A stretch of 63,628 bases of DNA, filler included, from Pelomyxa schiedti (GCA_020536535.1; 5 parts of 5 records of this genome joined end to end with filler, not necessarily neighbours in it), one strand, 5' to 3'. Counted from the first letter of the whole stretch, positions 38,601 to 51,926 are shown. The notes: a model not told the origin generated them from the letters alone. Numbers and translations are program-made.

Positions 38601-39773
38601 TTTTTTTTTGGAAAAAGATAAATGAATTAAAAAATTAAATAATGAACTACCTTTTCTTGTGAAAGATGTACATTATTACAACATTGCTGTAAATCTTGTA
38701 AGGAGGAAGACCTTACTCTAATTGAGGTTATTTAATGCAGGTAAAAATGAGAAATACCTGAAAAAGGCCTTTCTTTTATTTACAGATGCTTTGCTATAGA
38801 TACAGTTTGGGCCTGGTGTGCTGCAACACCTTTGTGAGTATTCTGGCACTTCAGGGGTACTGAAGGATATTCCTGTGACATGCCTGGTTCCAGAATGAAC
38901 TGGTAGCAAGCTGCGTGCGTTTGGCAGTAGTTGTAGTGGCACCTGGCGAGTGGGCTTTGCCATATAAGTGATGCCGTGGCATAAGCAGGTACATGACCTC
39001 ACAGTCAATCCAACAGTACTGTGGCTCTTGCTTTTGCTGATGGGAGTACCAAAAGAGTCATTGTGTGATTCAGAGTTGGTTGAATTGGGGTCACTATATG
39101 CAGAGATAGGTTGCATTACACAGCTATGGTGCCTGGCATGACGTGAAATTGGGTGGGGTGCAGCTGGAACTGGGGGAGGAGGGCCACGATGAGGAGAAAG
39201 GAAAGAGTTAGAACAACTAAAGGACACACTCGGTGTGAGTGCTTTTGACGTAGGTGGTGAAGACTTGGATCGAGTACCAGGCAAATCTTGTATGACAGCA
39301 CTTCGTATTGGTGTTTGCGTTAGAGGAGAGCAACTTCTGGCAATATAAGGTGGAGATTGCGTGGGTGAAAGCATGTTGCTGGTGGAAGACGGTGTGATTA
39401 CAATACAGGGAGATGAGGTGGGTGGGGGTGGAGCTGCATACAGAGGAACCTGAAGAGAGTCCCATGGTTTAGGGGGGACGTTTGTCAGGTTTGGAGATGA
39501 GGCCGTGGCTGTAATGTGCTGAGGTATGGGGATAGAAGACAGGGTAGGGTCAGAATCTTGTTTCAGTGGGTGCATAAGGCCTGGTGGCATACTGTGATGG
39601 CCCACATGGTGCCTGTGCGTTCTAGGGCTTAGTGTATTTACAGTAAATACCACCGGGGGTGTGTTAGGCAAAGGCCGTGACGGCGGAGCGTGCACAAGCG
39701 GCGACTGAGTAGCAGTAAGAGTGTTGCGCCTCTCACGGGCACAAGACAATATGGGTGACGCTGTGGTAGCCAC
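35686..39773 (-). CDS. Ras guanine-nucleotide exchange factor (REM + CDC25 domains) with P/S-rich N-terminus; many introns; start uncertain
   Basis: FLSHHYFLTTEEF (REM), HPNELARQLT, NNFNTAAEIIFAL...IYRLKRTW, VPFIPY and LRDLIYIEDNP...VNF motifs. Confidence 0.88.
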
Positions 39774-40055
39774 TTGTGACGTATTCTCAAACGCACGCGG
39801 GTCTTCGACACCGGTGCCTCCTTGATTGTTTTTCGGTGCAATTTCACCGCGGGTGTGAGAACGATTTGATTTTTATGAATAAAAAAATGAATAATGTACG
39901 AAAACGCGTGACGGGTGGGACAACGGCCGGCGTAAGGTGTCAAAGTTTGGCAGGAGTTCCCTGCGCTGCCAGTTCAAAACGGTGGTTTGCTCATTATTTT
40001 GGTAAAATCCACAAACAAGCACTGACTGGTGTCGTGAGATACGGGCACGTTGTCC

Positions 40056-42820
40056 ATGGCAGTCACGATTCGGAGGGTGGCACTACGTATGGCGGGGATC
40101 TTGGTTGTTGTGGCACTTTTCATTGAGTTGGCCTTGTCTGATAGTGCTCCTGCATGCATTTTGGACGGTCTGCATCCTTGGACTTGACTTTGCTTGTAAT
40201 GTGAATGCAGGTAACTGCAGAGGAAGCGACTGGGTACAGCGAGAACGAGCAGATGAGGATGAAGATATACGGCTGATATTTGCGGTGCAACAGGTTTTTC
40301 AGTCCTCAGTCCTTGCACATATCTGAACAAAACAAGAGAAACATCGATAAACTTCATGACACTGTTCACAAACTGGCTCTCAGCAAAGGAGTAAGTAGAA
40401 AATACATGACTCTTAATGATGTTCATGACCTAACAGCAGACCTAGAAGCAGGTTTGTAGTGTAATGCTTACTTAAGCTTAAATAACATTCAACTAAGAGG
40501 AATTTGTATTCACCTGGCTCAACTCCAATGGTTTCAAGGACATCAAGCATAACATTGGAGGCTTCTTTGAGGCAACACATAAAGTATCAACAGTTGACGA
40601 ACTTCTAAGTGCTGAGTTCTGGCGATTTTATTCGCCGTTAATGGACCTAACAATAACAGTGTGTAATTACAAAGGCAAAATTGTTTTAATCCCGTTCTGT
40701 AGCGTTCTCTTCAGTACTCTCTTCCTGCAGATTTGGAGCCCTACATAGACTTTGTGGGCGCCACACAGTTTCCACTTACAAGATTGCCAGAACCCTGTAG
40801 ATTCCTTTCTAATGATAAAAATCCTCCTCGAAATTCGACCACACCTCCTTTGCTCAAGCAGTTTTACTCTAGTGTGTATGATGCCATTGCGATACTGCTT
40901 ACTATCTATCATTAGTGGGTGATGAATTACGAGTTGTCGATGACAAGTCATCACAATCTCTTTTCGAGGCTCTAAGCCAAAGCTTTTCTCCTGATGATTT
41001 GACTGCATTCCTTTCAAAATATAATATTCCTGACTACAAGGTACATAAAACACGTTTCCTTACTTGACAATTTCACGAACCACACAGGTCGGTGAAATAA
41101 TCGGTCCTAACGATCCTGGAATGGTTGTACTCTTGTTACACGTTTCATTTTCTAATGTTGTACTTGTTCTTAGTGCAAAATCGATCCCAATTATTGTGTA
41201 GAAGCTAATCTTGACGTGCAATACATGTTGGCACTTTGCCAGGTGCAGTAAATTATTCCTATTGAATAACTAACACGTCGTAGGCCCCGACTACATACTG
41301 GAGGTAATTGAGTAGTTATAAGTAGTTTCCGTTCAGTTTCTGTTAGTATTCCCATGTCTGTTACTGGAGACATATTCTTGTCCTGGATTCTTGGTTAGAA
41401 CCTTTCATAACTAAAGTTTTAATTCTTGAAAAGATGTTGGTGCCAAAGAAAATCCGCCATTGGTTGTCAAATTGTCTTAAGCATGACATTTTACTCACTT
41501 TACCTTAGGTTCACTCCATTTCATACGGCGGTATCTTACCTTCCATTTTTCCTAGACACTCAGTTCATTGAACAGGTCCCGAAACTGAATTCAATAAAAA
41601 TGTATCCCGATCCATCAATTTCTTTACTACTAACAGAATAAATCTCAGCTCGTGCGCAGAGTGGATGACGAGATAGCCAAGTTGTCTGGTAATACAAGCT
41701 CTTTCTCTGAACGTTCTTAATAAACCTTAGCTCGCGGAATTACGGTTATTGTGGCTAGCGGTGACGACGGGGTAGCTGGATTTGCTGCCAGAAACAATCC
41801 AGCGCTATGTGGCTTTTCAGCATCGTAACTTAGGGGCGTCCACAACGTCCACTAATGCCTCTGAAGGTACCCGGCACAGTTACCGCACGTCATTGCTGTT
41901 GGTGCCACAATGGGACCAGAGTATGGCAGCTCTGAGATTGCGTGCACATCAGACATGGGTACTCACTTCTTGTTCTACAATAACTCCCACTTACTCTTCA
42001 ACAGGAGGAACAATAACCACAGGTCTACAAAAGCCGCTTTTTTTTCCTTGACATTACAAAGGGGGAGGATTTTCGCAGTACTTTGTAGCACCCAAGTGGC
42101 AAGATAATGCAATAAAAGCGTATTTGGATAAAGCTCCTCAGCTTCCCCCTCTCAGTGCTTTCAACTCCAAGGTACTATAACAACCAGTTACAACCACTAA
42201 TAAAAAGCTTTAGGGTCGGGCTTATCCAGATGTTTCCATGGTTTATTTACATCCTCTCATTATTTTCCTAAACTGTACAGATGGGACACAATTATGTTGT
42301 CAATATTGGAGGGAACTGGTACCAAGTCAGTGGAAGTTCCGGTAACATACCATTTATCCGTTGATATCCTCTCATCTGACTTGTAAACTAGCTTCTTCAC
42401 CAGTGTTTGCTGCCCTCGTGACACTCATCAATGGAGAGCGAATCAAACAAGGAAAGCCATCACTTGGCTGGCTCACTCCAATTGTAAAATTCCACTTCCC
42501 CAAGTAACTACCCCTAATTTTCTACCCCCAGCTGTATCAACTCGGTGAAGACCACCCAGAGATATTCAACGATGTCACCAAGGGAAGGTACTCTTTTTAC
42601 TGACTACCACACCCAGTCCTCACGCATTCCTTAGAAACAACTGCTGTGCCGGTAATAAAGAGAGCGTCGTATGTTGCAAGCACGGATTCACATGTAATCC
42701 CCCATCCCCTCCCACCAACTAGCTCATTTTATCTACACAGCAACACCCGGCTGGGATCCCGTCACCGGCTTCGGCTCCGTCAACTACGTCAAGCTCAAAG
42801 AGGCCCTCCTTGAAGTCTAG
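40056..42820 (+). CDS. Peptidase S53 (sedolisin / tripeptidyl-peptidase I-like) preproprotein; many introns
   Basis: Signal-like N-terminus, prodomain, EANLDVQY, RGITVIVASGDDG, YPAQLPHVIAVGAT, GRAYPDVS, SGSSASSPVFAA, FNDVTKG and GWDPVTGFGS motifs. Confidence 0.92.
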
Positions 42821-42906
42821 TTAGATTTACTGCCCGTAACACATGCACCAGAACATTGCTGCCAAAAATAAATAAATTAAAAAAAAAGTTTTTTTTTTTG
42901 ACGAAG

Positions 42907-45103
42907 TCAGTGGTTTTTGTAGTGCTTGTTGTCTTGGTGAGAGTGAAACCCACGGCCTCTGTCGTGGTACCTTTCGTGATGATGGTTGCTATCACTGTGG
43001 TGGTTCTCACTGTCTCTATCTCTGTCACTGTAATGGTTGTCCCTGTCCCTGTCTCTGGGTGCTGGGTAGTGACCACGGCGGCGTGAGGGATGGTAGTGAT
43101 CACTGTGGGTATTGCTGCTGGCACTACTGCTGCTACTGCTACTTGGTTCTCGTTCTCCGGCTCGAGCTTCTTTGGGCTTGTCAATGTGCCCTGCTTCTTT
43201 GATTACTGTCACTGTGGAATGGGGTACGGCCACATGTGCACTGGGTGCTGCAAAGGGATGCGGGGTAGCTGCTGCCGAGTTTCCAGGTGCGGCATTGTAG
43301 GAGTGGGTGGTAGTGGTGCCACAGTTGTTGTTGTTGTTCCTGTTGTTGTTACTGTTGTTGGCTTGGCAGTAGGAGCTCCGGCTGATGGTGCTGGTGCTGC
43401 GTGACGGTGTATGTCCTCCAATACTAAACCTCTGTTGGCAGAACTTTTCGTAAAATTGCTGGGCACCCATGACCTGAAGTAATGTCATTGATCAGATGTT
43501 GAAAGTTTTACTGGCCATTATGTCACTGGCTTTGGCGAGAATTTGTAAGTTGATATCTTTCGTCAGCAAAACAACATCAAGGTTTGTGTGGTTTTTGCGC
43601 CTGTAATAGAGGCAAGTGTTTAATATGATTTCGTCATTTCTCATGTTGTTGTGGTACTAATAAATGTTACAATAAAGACCAGGGATACAGATGGAAAAGC
43701 TCACTGTGTGTGTCATGAAAAGTTCAGCATGAGGGATGAAGTCCACAGGTTTCATTCCACTGGAAAACATAAGTTGTATGTATGCACTAGCTGCGCGGGA
43801 TTGAACTGAAATGTCTGGCCTTGTGTTGTCTCTTGTTAAAAAAGAAAAAAGGTAACGGGATAGTAGTACTTGTTCTTTTGGGAGTCGAGTTCACCAATTA
43901 CAATTGAGGGAACCTTGTTGGAGTAATAAGGTGGTGGGAGAAAAAGACTAAAGACTACTTTCAGCTCCACCCATGGGAACTTGAATATGTTTTTTACAAT
44001 TTGAAGCTCCACAAGAAGTACATTTGTATCAACAACTACAATTTTCTTTTTCTCAGGCTCTGGAATGTTGTGAAAACAATAGTGTAAAGAAGGTTTCATA
44101 CCGGATGGTGGAGGTAATGAAGGTAATATTCGTGGCAAAAGTACCTTCGATTTTGAAGGCTTTTCTACAAAAAAAAGGTTATTCTCCTGTAATGTAATTT
44201 TTGGAAAACAAGGAATGAGTACCATCGCTTCTAATTCTGGCTTTTTTTTGAAATTGTGCTGAGAGATAGGTGTCTAAATCATCGTCTGAATCGGTGTCAT
44301 GGCTATTGTAGAAGAAAATTATTAGAATCAAATTGTCCTGCACACCTTCTTTTTCTTGATGCAGCTAGTTCATCAGTTTCAGAAACTGCACAATTTGGAG
44401 CAAGATTTTTAGCCTCGGTGATAGGTGGTGGCACCAAAATGCTGGTTGGTTTTGGATTTTGTTTGCATACAATTGATGGAACTGTGTGACTACAGTTGGA
44501 AGAACCGAAATGGAAGGTATTTGAAGGTTCAATTGCAACTGAAAGGTGTTCAACGGGTGCTCGATGTGTATCACTGTCAGTGGGTTCTTTAGTGGCGAAT
44601 GACTTGGTTGTAAAAATGAGAGAGGGATGCCTTGCTGTAACTTGGTGTTCAACATTATTGGAAGTATGTGGTAAAACGGTAGTTGGTGGTGGTTTCACGG
44701 ATGGTGGGGGACTGGAATGCAATGGAATCTGGGCATTCGTAGACGCGACAGCTGGAAGGGGCGGGGGAACAACGGAAGGGGGTGGGGGGGTGACCAGTGG
44801 CTTTACAGGAATTTGGTTATTGGGCCTACATTCCTGGACTTTTTGAGGCTGTGGACTGTGTTGATGGACCTCTAATGTCGCTGTAGTGGGAGGTACTTTA
44901 GAGTGAGACAACTGTGTAGTGTGTTGAATGTGCACCTCAATGGAGGGTGTATGCTGAGAAGACTGTGGAGAGTTAGTGGGGAATTTCTGTTCCGCCTTGA
45001 GTGGAAGAGCAGCTGTACTAGTTGTAGTGGATTGCAAAACCTGGCTAGCAGCTTGAGGTTTAGTGCATGGTATTGGCTGGGTTTGGTTGGCTGTTGACGA
45101 CAT
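42907..45103 (-). CDS. PIN-domain protein (SWT1/PIN_4-like nuclease) with disordered flanks; 5' end uncertain
   Basis: VVVDTNVLL, VPSIVIGELD, RNDEIILNTCLYY and VVLLTKDINLQILAKA motifs across exons. H/R/D-rich tail. Confidence 0.85.
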
Positions 45104-45228
45104 TGCATGTGTGGGGTGCTGCTGGCGGCGCGAATGGTGGCAACTGCATGGCGGGGGGCCCAGGGGGGTTCTCAACAGCCAGGATGGTGCTCAAGACCGG
45201 GACGCGGCTCACGATCGTGGTGGGCCAG

Positions 45229-45328
45229 NNNNNNNNNNNNNNNNNNNNNNNNNNNNNNNNNNNNNNNNNNNNTTAATTAATTAANNNNNNNNNNNNNNNN
45301 NNNNNNNNNNNNNNNNNNNNNNNNNNNN
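45229..45328. other. Artificial scaffold linker
   Basis: N44-TTAATTAATTAA-N44. Confidence 0.97.
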
Positions 45329-45742
45329 TTCATTTGGTGTGCACACAAACGAAAAGGAAAAAAAATTAGGTTTTTGGCTGTTCTCAGCATCCAGCCCACG
45401 CTGAGTCCTGCAAACGGTTGCACCCCGTGGCCGATGGTCTTGTAGAAAAAGCCTTTTTTTTCCGTCTCAGATCCTCGTCTCTGGACTGAGAAAACTAATA
45501 AACCCGATAAAAAGTGTGCACACTTGGGCAGTCCCAGACTTAAAGTCACTACGGCAACGAACACGACCCCACTGGCAAGGCTTTCTGTAAATAATTTTCT
45601 GGTTTCGATTTGTGAGGTTTAAGTCGTGATTCTAAGGTTGGACTCGAAAAGGACTTGAAATCCTGAATGTAGAAGAACCAAAGCTAAGATTGACACTTTT
45701 TGCACAATTCCATTCCCCTGGCATAAGATCTCCGTTTCCTAT

Positions 45743-47334
45743 TTATTCACAACAAGGAGGCACGTGTGTCGATCCGCGCAATTTCAAATGGTGCCTCAGG
45801 ATGATGATGCCGGAAACTGCTTCCATCACAGTAACTTTGTTTCCACTGAGTGCAAACAGGAAACTGCTGCAACAAACAACAGCTGGGTACACATACTCGT
45901 TGTACTGGTTGGTGTTGTTGTTGAGGCCGCTGAGGTCAGATGTCATGAGTGGGTTCCCGGGGTTGTTGCAATCCCACAGTTCAAACCACAAGCTGGGTGT
46001 GTTTTGGTGCCACAGGCAGAACAGCGAAGAACTCATCTGTGAAACCGTGGTGCACATTGGCTTCAGAATTCTGCATTGCCCAGTGGATGCTTCCACCCAG
46101 TAAGCAGGACCGTAAGGAGTTGTGGACCTATGCCCTGTGAGAATGAACACAAGTTCGCCACTTATCTTTCGTGTGATGGCAANNNNNNNNNNNNNNNNNN
46201 NNNNNNNNNNNNNNNNNNNNNNNNNNNNNNNNNNNNNNNNNNNNNNNNNNNNNNNNNNNNNNNNNNNNNNNNNNNNNNNNNNTTCAGAATTCTGCATTGC
46301 CCAGTGGATGCTTCCACCCAGTAAGCAGGACCGTAAGGAGTTGTGGACCTATGCCCTGTGAGAATGAACACAAGTTCGCCACTTATCTTTCGTGTGATGG
46401 CAACAGTGCAAACCAAGTTGAATGGAATCGTGCAACACGTGGAGCATAAGACCACGAGACTGTGTGTGCTATGGGTCTGAGCCACATCAACCAACACCAA
46501 CTTGTACCCATCAGGGAGAGTGTACGTAATCAAGGCCTCATCCGAGTTTGCTGGATTCATCACCACGGAATAACACAGGGATGCAGCAGGCCTCAGCGGG
46601 AACTGAACAGTAACACTAGAATAAGCAGAAGGTCCAGAAGGAGAAGTGCCATATTTCCCCCTCGTTCTTTTCACTGTTAGCGATTGCTTTTTCTCAGCGT
46701 CACCAAGCAGGTAATTGAGGAGAACAAGCCACTTTGTATTCAGAGCAAACATGTACGCCCTCAGCTTATCAGCAATGCGCCCAACCTCCTCCAATGCCGG
46801 GGGTGCCAGTAGAAACATAGAGTAGAGGTCCTCCTCATACAGCTGATCACAATTTTCACACACTTCTGACAGGCACAAATCCGGAGCCACCCACTTCACA
46901 CCAACCTGCCACTTACGTGGAAGAAGCTCCCTTGGCCCATGTGTCACTCCCAGCGTCACAGGTGACACTCCGAACGACAAGGTGACCTGGGAGAACTCCT
47001 TCCCACCCACACAGTCAGTGTAGTAGCAGTAGTCATCGTCGTCGTCGTCGTCGTCACGCTCATACTGCTTGCAGATGACCAGCACGAAGGGGCGCGACGG
47101 TTCGAGCACGAAGCGGCGCCACCACGACCGCATGAGGGGCGCGTCGGCCGCGACGTGGCGGGCTGGGCTGCGCGCCCCGCACCGGCGCAGCGACGACGCC
47201 ATGAGCGCACAGAACTGCGACCCACAAGTCGCGATGGCGACTACTCCGGTTGTCGGCGTCGCTGCGGCGGTGCAACGTTCGACTACGGGTGCGGCGGTCG
47301 TTTGGTGAACTCCAGTAATCGCAGAACTTCTCAT
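45743..47334 (-). CDS. Member of the expanded RCGARSPAR/FGVSP family (about 456 aa after collapsing a false gap)
   Basis: 46062-46182 is repeated at 46283-46403 either side of 100 N. Removing 221 nt gives one continuous ORF with SQFCAL..RRCGARSPAR, FGVSPVTLGVT, NTKWLV, DEAL, SLFCL and LWDCNN. Confidence 0.8.
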
Positions 47335-47434
47335 TGTCCCTTCGCAAAGCTTTCAAAATGACGTTCTATTTGCAATGCGGTGCTAATTACCCCTTGATCG
47401 CCGCAACAATGGCATGTGTTTACCTCCTTGATCA

Positions 47435-48646
47435 TCACAGGGTTGTTGGGTCGTGGCACTGGAAACTGTAGAGTGCACGGATGCCAATTAGGCCACTGAT
47501 GACCACACTGAGGCAACACGGGCCATTCAATCCATGAATGACACTCAGCTTGTTCTTTTCACGCTGCAGCAGGATCCCCGACCTGGCCACAACTTGGTTC
47601 ACCCCCTTCCAAGAAAAAGTATCCCTTTCCTCCACGTCACCAAGATCAGCGAACGTGATGACCCTGAGTGGCTTCGCGGAGTTGTTGCAGTCCCAGATTT
47701 CGGCGAACTCCCCTGAGATGCAAAACAGAGACTCGCTCAGCTGTGTAAGAAAACTGGAGTCAGCAGGATGGGTTTCAAAGATACCTCTGGGCAGTTTGTG
47801 TCTCCGCACATTGGTGTCAATCTGTATAGCAGCGCCTCTCTCATACACCAGATAGATAGGACGCGCTGCACTGTCGGTGAAAACGAAGCAGCGGTCCCCA
47901 CTCTTTGTCACGAGGCAAAGCACGGTGCTGGAGTTGTGACTCGGGTCAAAGGAATTATCCCCCAGATTGGTTGACGATAAAACAGCCAGGGTTCCTGTTG
48001 AAGCTGAGACAGCGAGATTCACAACAACAAATGTGTGGAGTGTGCTTCCATCAGCATAAACCTGTTCGACACACACCACAGCTTCATCAGGGTTGACTTG
48101 GCTCAGTCTCACAGTGAAAACACTGGACAAGGGGGAAAAATCATCAAGGATGTGACTCAAGCAACGCACGCCACCATGGGTTGAATCCTCCACACAAGGT
48201 GTTGCCCAATCGACAAATGAAAGGGCGAAGCCATATGGAGTTCCGCGAACAGCAGTTGATAGTGACCATGCTGTCACAAGCCACTTGCTGTTGGCGTCGC
48301 TCACGCCGTCTTCGGGAACATCACCCATCCCAACTATCTTCTTCTCGACATCCATCACATTGCTGCGTGGTCCCAGAATTACAGTTTCAGCAATGGACAC
48401 AGTGCTGGAAGACACACCAACATCCAGGACCATCCTGGGTCCCACCCACTGGTTGTCCCTCCAGTCCCGCCCACCCATGTGGTAGGAAAATGGGTGCATG
48501 AACCCCAGCAGAAGCGGTGAAACGCTGAAGTAAACAGCTTGTTTGTCTTTGACTTGTGGGGATCCATCACAGCCACCCAGCCCAACAGTGGCAATAAACC
48601 CAACAGACGTTGGCACCACGAATTCCTCCCACAGAACCCGAAGGAA
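47435..48646 (-). CDS. Tandem member of the same expanded family, 5'-truncated
   Basis: FLRVLWEEFVV, FSVSPLLLG, NSKWLV, NPDEAVV, TKSGDRCF, SLFCI and IWDCNN motifs. Confidence 0.8.
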   Translation of the reverse strand, partial: FLRVLWEEFVVPTSVGFIATVGLGGCDGSPQVKDKQAVYFSVSPLLLGFMHPFSYHMGGRDWRDNQWVGPRMVLDVGVSSSTVSIAETVILGPRSNVMDVEKKIVGMGDVPEDGVSDANSKWLVTAWSLSTAVRGTPYGFALSFVDWATPCVEDSTHGGVRCLSHILDDFSPLSSVFTVRLSQVNPDEAVVCVEQVYADGSTLHTFVVVNLAVSASTGTLAVLSSTNLGDNSFDPSHNSSTVLCLVTKSGDRCFVFTDSAARPIYLVYERGAAIQIDTNVRRHKLPRGIFETHPADSSFLTQLSESLFCISGEFAEIWDCNNSAKPLRVITFADLGDVEERDTFSWKGVNQVVARSGILLQREKNKLSVIHGLNGPCCLSVVISGLIGIRALYSFQCHDPTTL

Positions 48647-48746
48647 NNNNNNNNNNNNNNNNNNNNNNNNNNNNNNNNNNNNNNNNNNNNTTAATTAATT
48701 AANNNNNNNNNNNNNNNNNNNNNNNNNNNNNNNNNNNNNNNNNNNN
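48647..48746. other. Artificial scaffold linker
   Basis: N44-TTAATTAATTAA-N44. Confidence 0.97.
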
Positions 48747-49083
48747 ACAACAACGACAAGTACAGGTACTGGAGACTGGACTTGCTGGAGAACAATGGCG
48801 CAACGGAACCAAAGATGTGCAGGTTCGTGCTGGAAAGGGTGTGGTTCCTTGGTGTATGATTGAGTAAAAGATGCTTGATTGACACTCCATTCAAACCAAG
48901 TTTTGGAAGTTCCATTTTACTGAAAGTCGTCGGTGATCTAAACGATAGGATAACCTCCAGCCAGTTACTCGATAGCCGATCCTGGCTGCTAGCATACAAT
49001 ACACAATAAACATAGCCGAATCGGACACAGCACCAGCAACGGCAGCGAATAACGGCGGGGGGTCGCCGACGGGTAGTTCGTCG

Positions 49084-51830
49084 ATGAGGGAGGCACTGGC
49101 CAAGCTGGCGCCCAACGAGACATTCCTGCGAGATCCTGATTCAGTCCCAAGGCTGATGACTGCCTACGACCCTGCCTGGCTCACGCGTCCATATCGAGAA
49201 GGTATGTACGCCCTGTGCCCTGCCTCCTTGCCAACTCCCTCCTTTCTCTCTTTTTGGGATGTGATGTGAAGAAAAAATAACCATGAATAAATAAAATAGG
49301 TTTGTACCCTCTGCACATCGCGTGCAAGAGAGGATATGTGAGGACCACCAGGTACTTGATTGACGAGTGTCACTGTGATGTAAATATCACAGCGAAAACT
49401 GTGAAAAATAAAATTGGCATGTCGCCGCTTCACCTTGCATGTCTCTCGTACGCACTTTCTTCTTTTATTGTTATTATTAGGTGCACTTCCCTTTCTCAAC
49501 CATAACTCATCTTCCATACTACAGTGGGCATGCATACCTTGCATACATTTTGGTCAAGCAGTATCACGCTGATGTCAATGTCAGAGATGGTCGCTGGACG
49601 ACACCTCTTATGTTGGCTGTAATACAGGGACATCTCCACGTTGTGAAAGTGCTGGTTCAAAACTGTACTTTCTTTCAGATTATTTATAATTATATGAACG
49701 ACCACTGACACAGGCAATGCAAACCCCACTCTTCGTCATAAATACGGTGACACACCATGTGAAGTTGCTGAGAGTACTGGTCACCATGACATCGCTCGGT
49801 TTCTGGAAGAATTCTTTCACAATTCCACATGCAAGGCAAGTGTTTCCGGCAACAAATAATATTCCTCACAATAAATTTCCCCAAACAACTCCAGGGATGC
49901 CCACAACAGATTTCTGTGACATTGAATGAGCTTGTAACGATTCCAGCAATTGGTGAGGAATTGGAGGACAAGACCAAGCTTCAACTTGAGCTCACGAACC
50001 AATCAATGAGCTCACTTGAGGAACAAGAAGAGATGCCAGCCAAGTCTTGTCGAAGGCAGATACAATCAAGTGAAGAGGGAGCACCCGGAGAGCCTATGAA
50101 TTCTGGTGAGATGCAAATGAGTACATTCGCTCTCAGACTTGTGTGTACTTTCACCACTGTGTGTACCCCTTCCGCCAAGTAGCTTCTTTACAACCCCAAC
50201 ATTTCAATAGCATTGTGGGAGGAGCCTTTTGTCCTGGAAGGATTGCCTGTCGTGCAGTCAAGTGTGCACAATTTGGCGCAGGCAATTGTCAGCCGACGAT
50301 GCAGTTTGGATTCCTCACATAATGTGTATTTTACCCTCCAAACAGTCGTGTCACACCAATCTCAAACATATTTATTGTGCAGAGAAGAAGTTCGCAACGC
50401 AGTGAGAAACACTGTGACATATATGGACGAGACCATTCCCCTTAAGGAAAAAGAGGAGTGGAAAAATGCAACACGCAACCGCACCGAAATGGAAGCACTG
50501 AAAACGTGGCAAACAACACCACCGGAAAAGTTTTGCAGCAACTCCAAAGCGAAGTTCCTTTGGGTGATGAGGAAAAAGGGCAGAGTTCCCATGCCTCTGA
50601 CTGGTGATGTTCCGGGATACAATCCATTGATTCACGACAAATGGTTCTCTTCCATCTTCTCTCTTCACATCTCTCCCAACAATTCTCAGGTGGTCTCCAA
50701 GAGATGTGGCACGCTTCTTGTGGTGTTACATTTGGCACTATCAGGTCTGTTCTCACACACTTCTTCTTTTGCGAAGTGACCACCACAAACACGGAAATTC
50801 CAGTGGCTGGGATTCTTTGTACAAAAGAGTGCTATGAAGAAAGACAGTTATGACTCCAAGGTTTTGGCTTCGCTGAGGAATCCACTTGGAGTTGTTGGAC
50901 TGATTCCGATTATCATCTTGCTTGTGAAGTGCCTGAGCATTCCACGCAAGGAGACTGATAACAACTGTGCACTTTGGCCACTGGATCAGAATTACATTAG
51001 CTCCTCTATGTGGGTAAGTTCCCCTTTTCTCAAAAGCTTTGACACACTGCCAAATTTCAACAGTTTTCAGTTGTGGGTGCATTCATTCTTTTCGCATTTT
51101 CCCTTTCATCTGAGGTGAATTCCTTTTTCTCATCCCAATCTCACCTTCTTCCGGCAGACAAATAGCTTTTACTGGTTCCCGTTTGCCATTGTGATCACCG
51201 GAGCCATCCCTTTTCCGTCAGAGTGGATTTGCTTCTTCCGATCAATAGTACTATTAACCTTAATCAGTCCCCACTCACCAAACAAATGAACAGACACACA
51301 TGAACCCGATTTTCGTGGCTGTAGCTTCCGCTGTGATGCTGTCATCAACGTTCCTGTTCACCAAATACATATGGAAGGAACGTGACAACCACAAGTCCCT
51401 GGTTTGCTTTAATCCTCCTCGTGATTCAATCGCCCCACACTCCACATCACCACACACAAACAAAACAAAACAAAACAAAACAAAACAAAACAAAACAAAA
51501 CAAAACAAAACAAAACAAAACAAAACAAAACAAAACAAAACAAAACAAAACAAAACAAAACAAAACAAAACAAAACAAACTCCAACCTCCCACTCATCCC
51601 GTCAATTGACTCACATGCAGGGAATTGGAATACTTGGGAGTATTGTTGGGCTCATCATCTGGTATGACAAATTCGTGATTTTGCTACGAGCTGGCGCTAC
51701 ATCGCAGCATCTTTTTTGGCGACACCATTGCCCTGCATACAGCGACGCGTGGATCAGGCACAAACTTGACATGGGTCTCATCCTTGCTGCTGTTTTTATT
51801 CTCCTCATGGTGATTTTTGGTGTGCAATAA
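49084..51830 (+). CDS. Ankyrin-repeat protein with C-terminal multi-pass transmembrane region; multi-exon
   Basis: YPLHIACKRG, SPLHLACLSGH, TPLMLAVIQGH and GDTPCEVA ankyrin motifs. Several hydrophobic segments at 50880-51830. Joining into one gene is inferred. Confidence 0.7.
51461..51579 (+). repeat. (CAAAA)n microsatellite, about 23-24 units, inside predicted intron 51402-51620
   Basis: Perfect pentanucleotide array between a GTTTGC donor and a TGCAG acceptor. Confidence 0.95.
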
Positions 51831-51926
51831 CGAAAATGATAGCGTTCCGGTCTGTTGATTATTTTATTCAGCCAAATAAAAAAGCCCATTTCCCTCAAGT
51901 TCGGCGAACCCACAGGCGAGCGTTGT

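Noticed and set aside
46062-46403. 121-bp direct repeat flanking a gap
   Set aside because: Exact contig overlap; collapsing it restores a single ORF.
49835-49893. Possible GC-AG intron (AAG|GCAAGT) in the ankyrin gene
   Set aside because: A GT donor 6 nt downstream gives the same frame, so a non-canonical site is not required.
51275-51609. ORFs with NKTKQ or FCFVL peptide repeats
   Set aside because: Translations of an intronic (CAAAA)n microsatellite.
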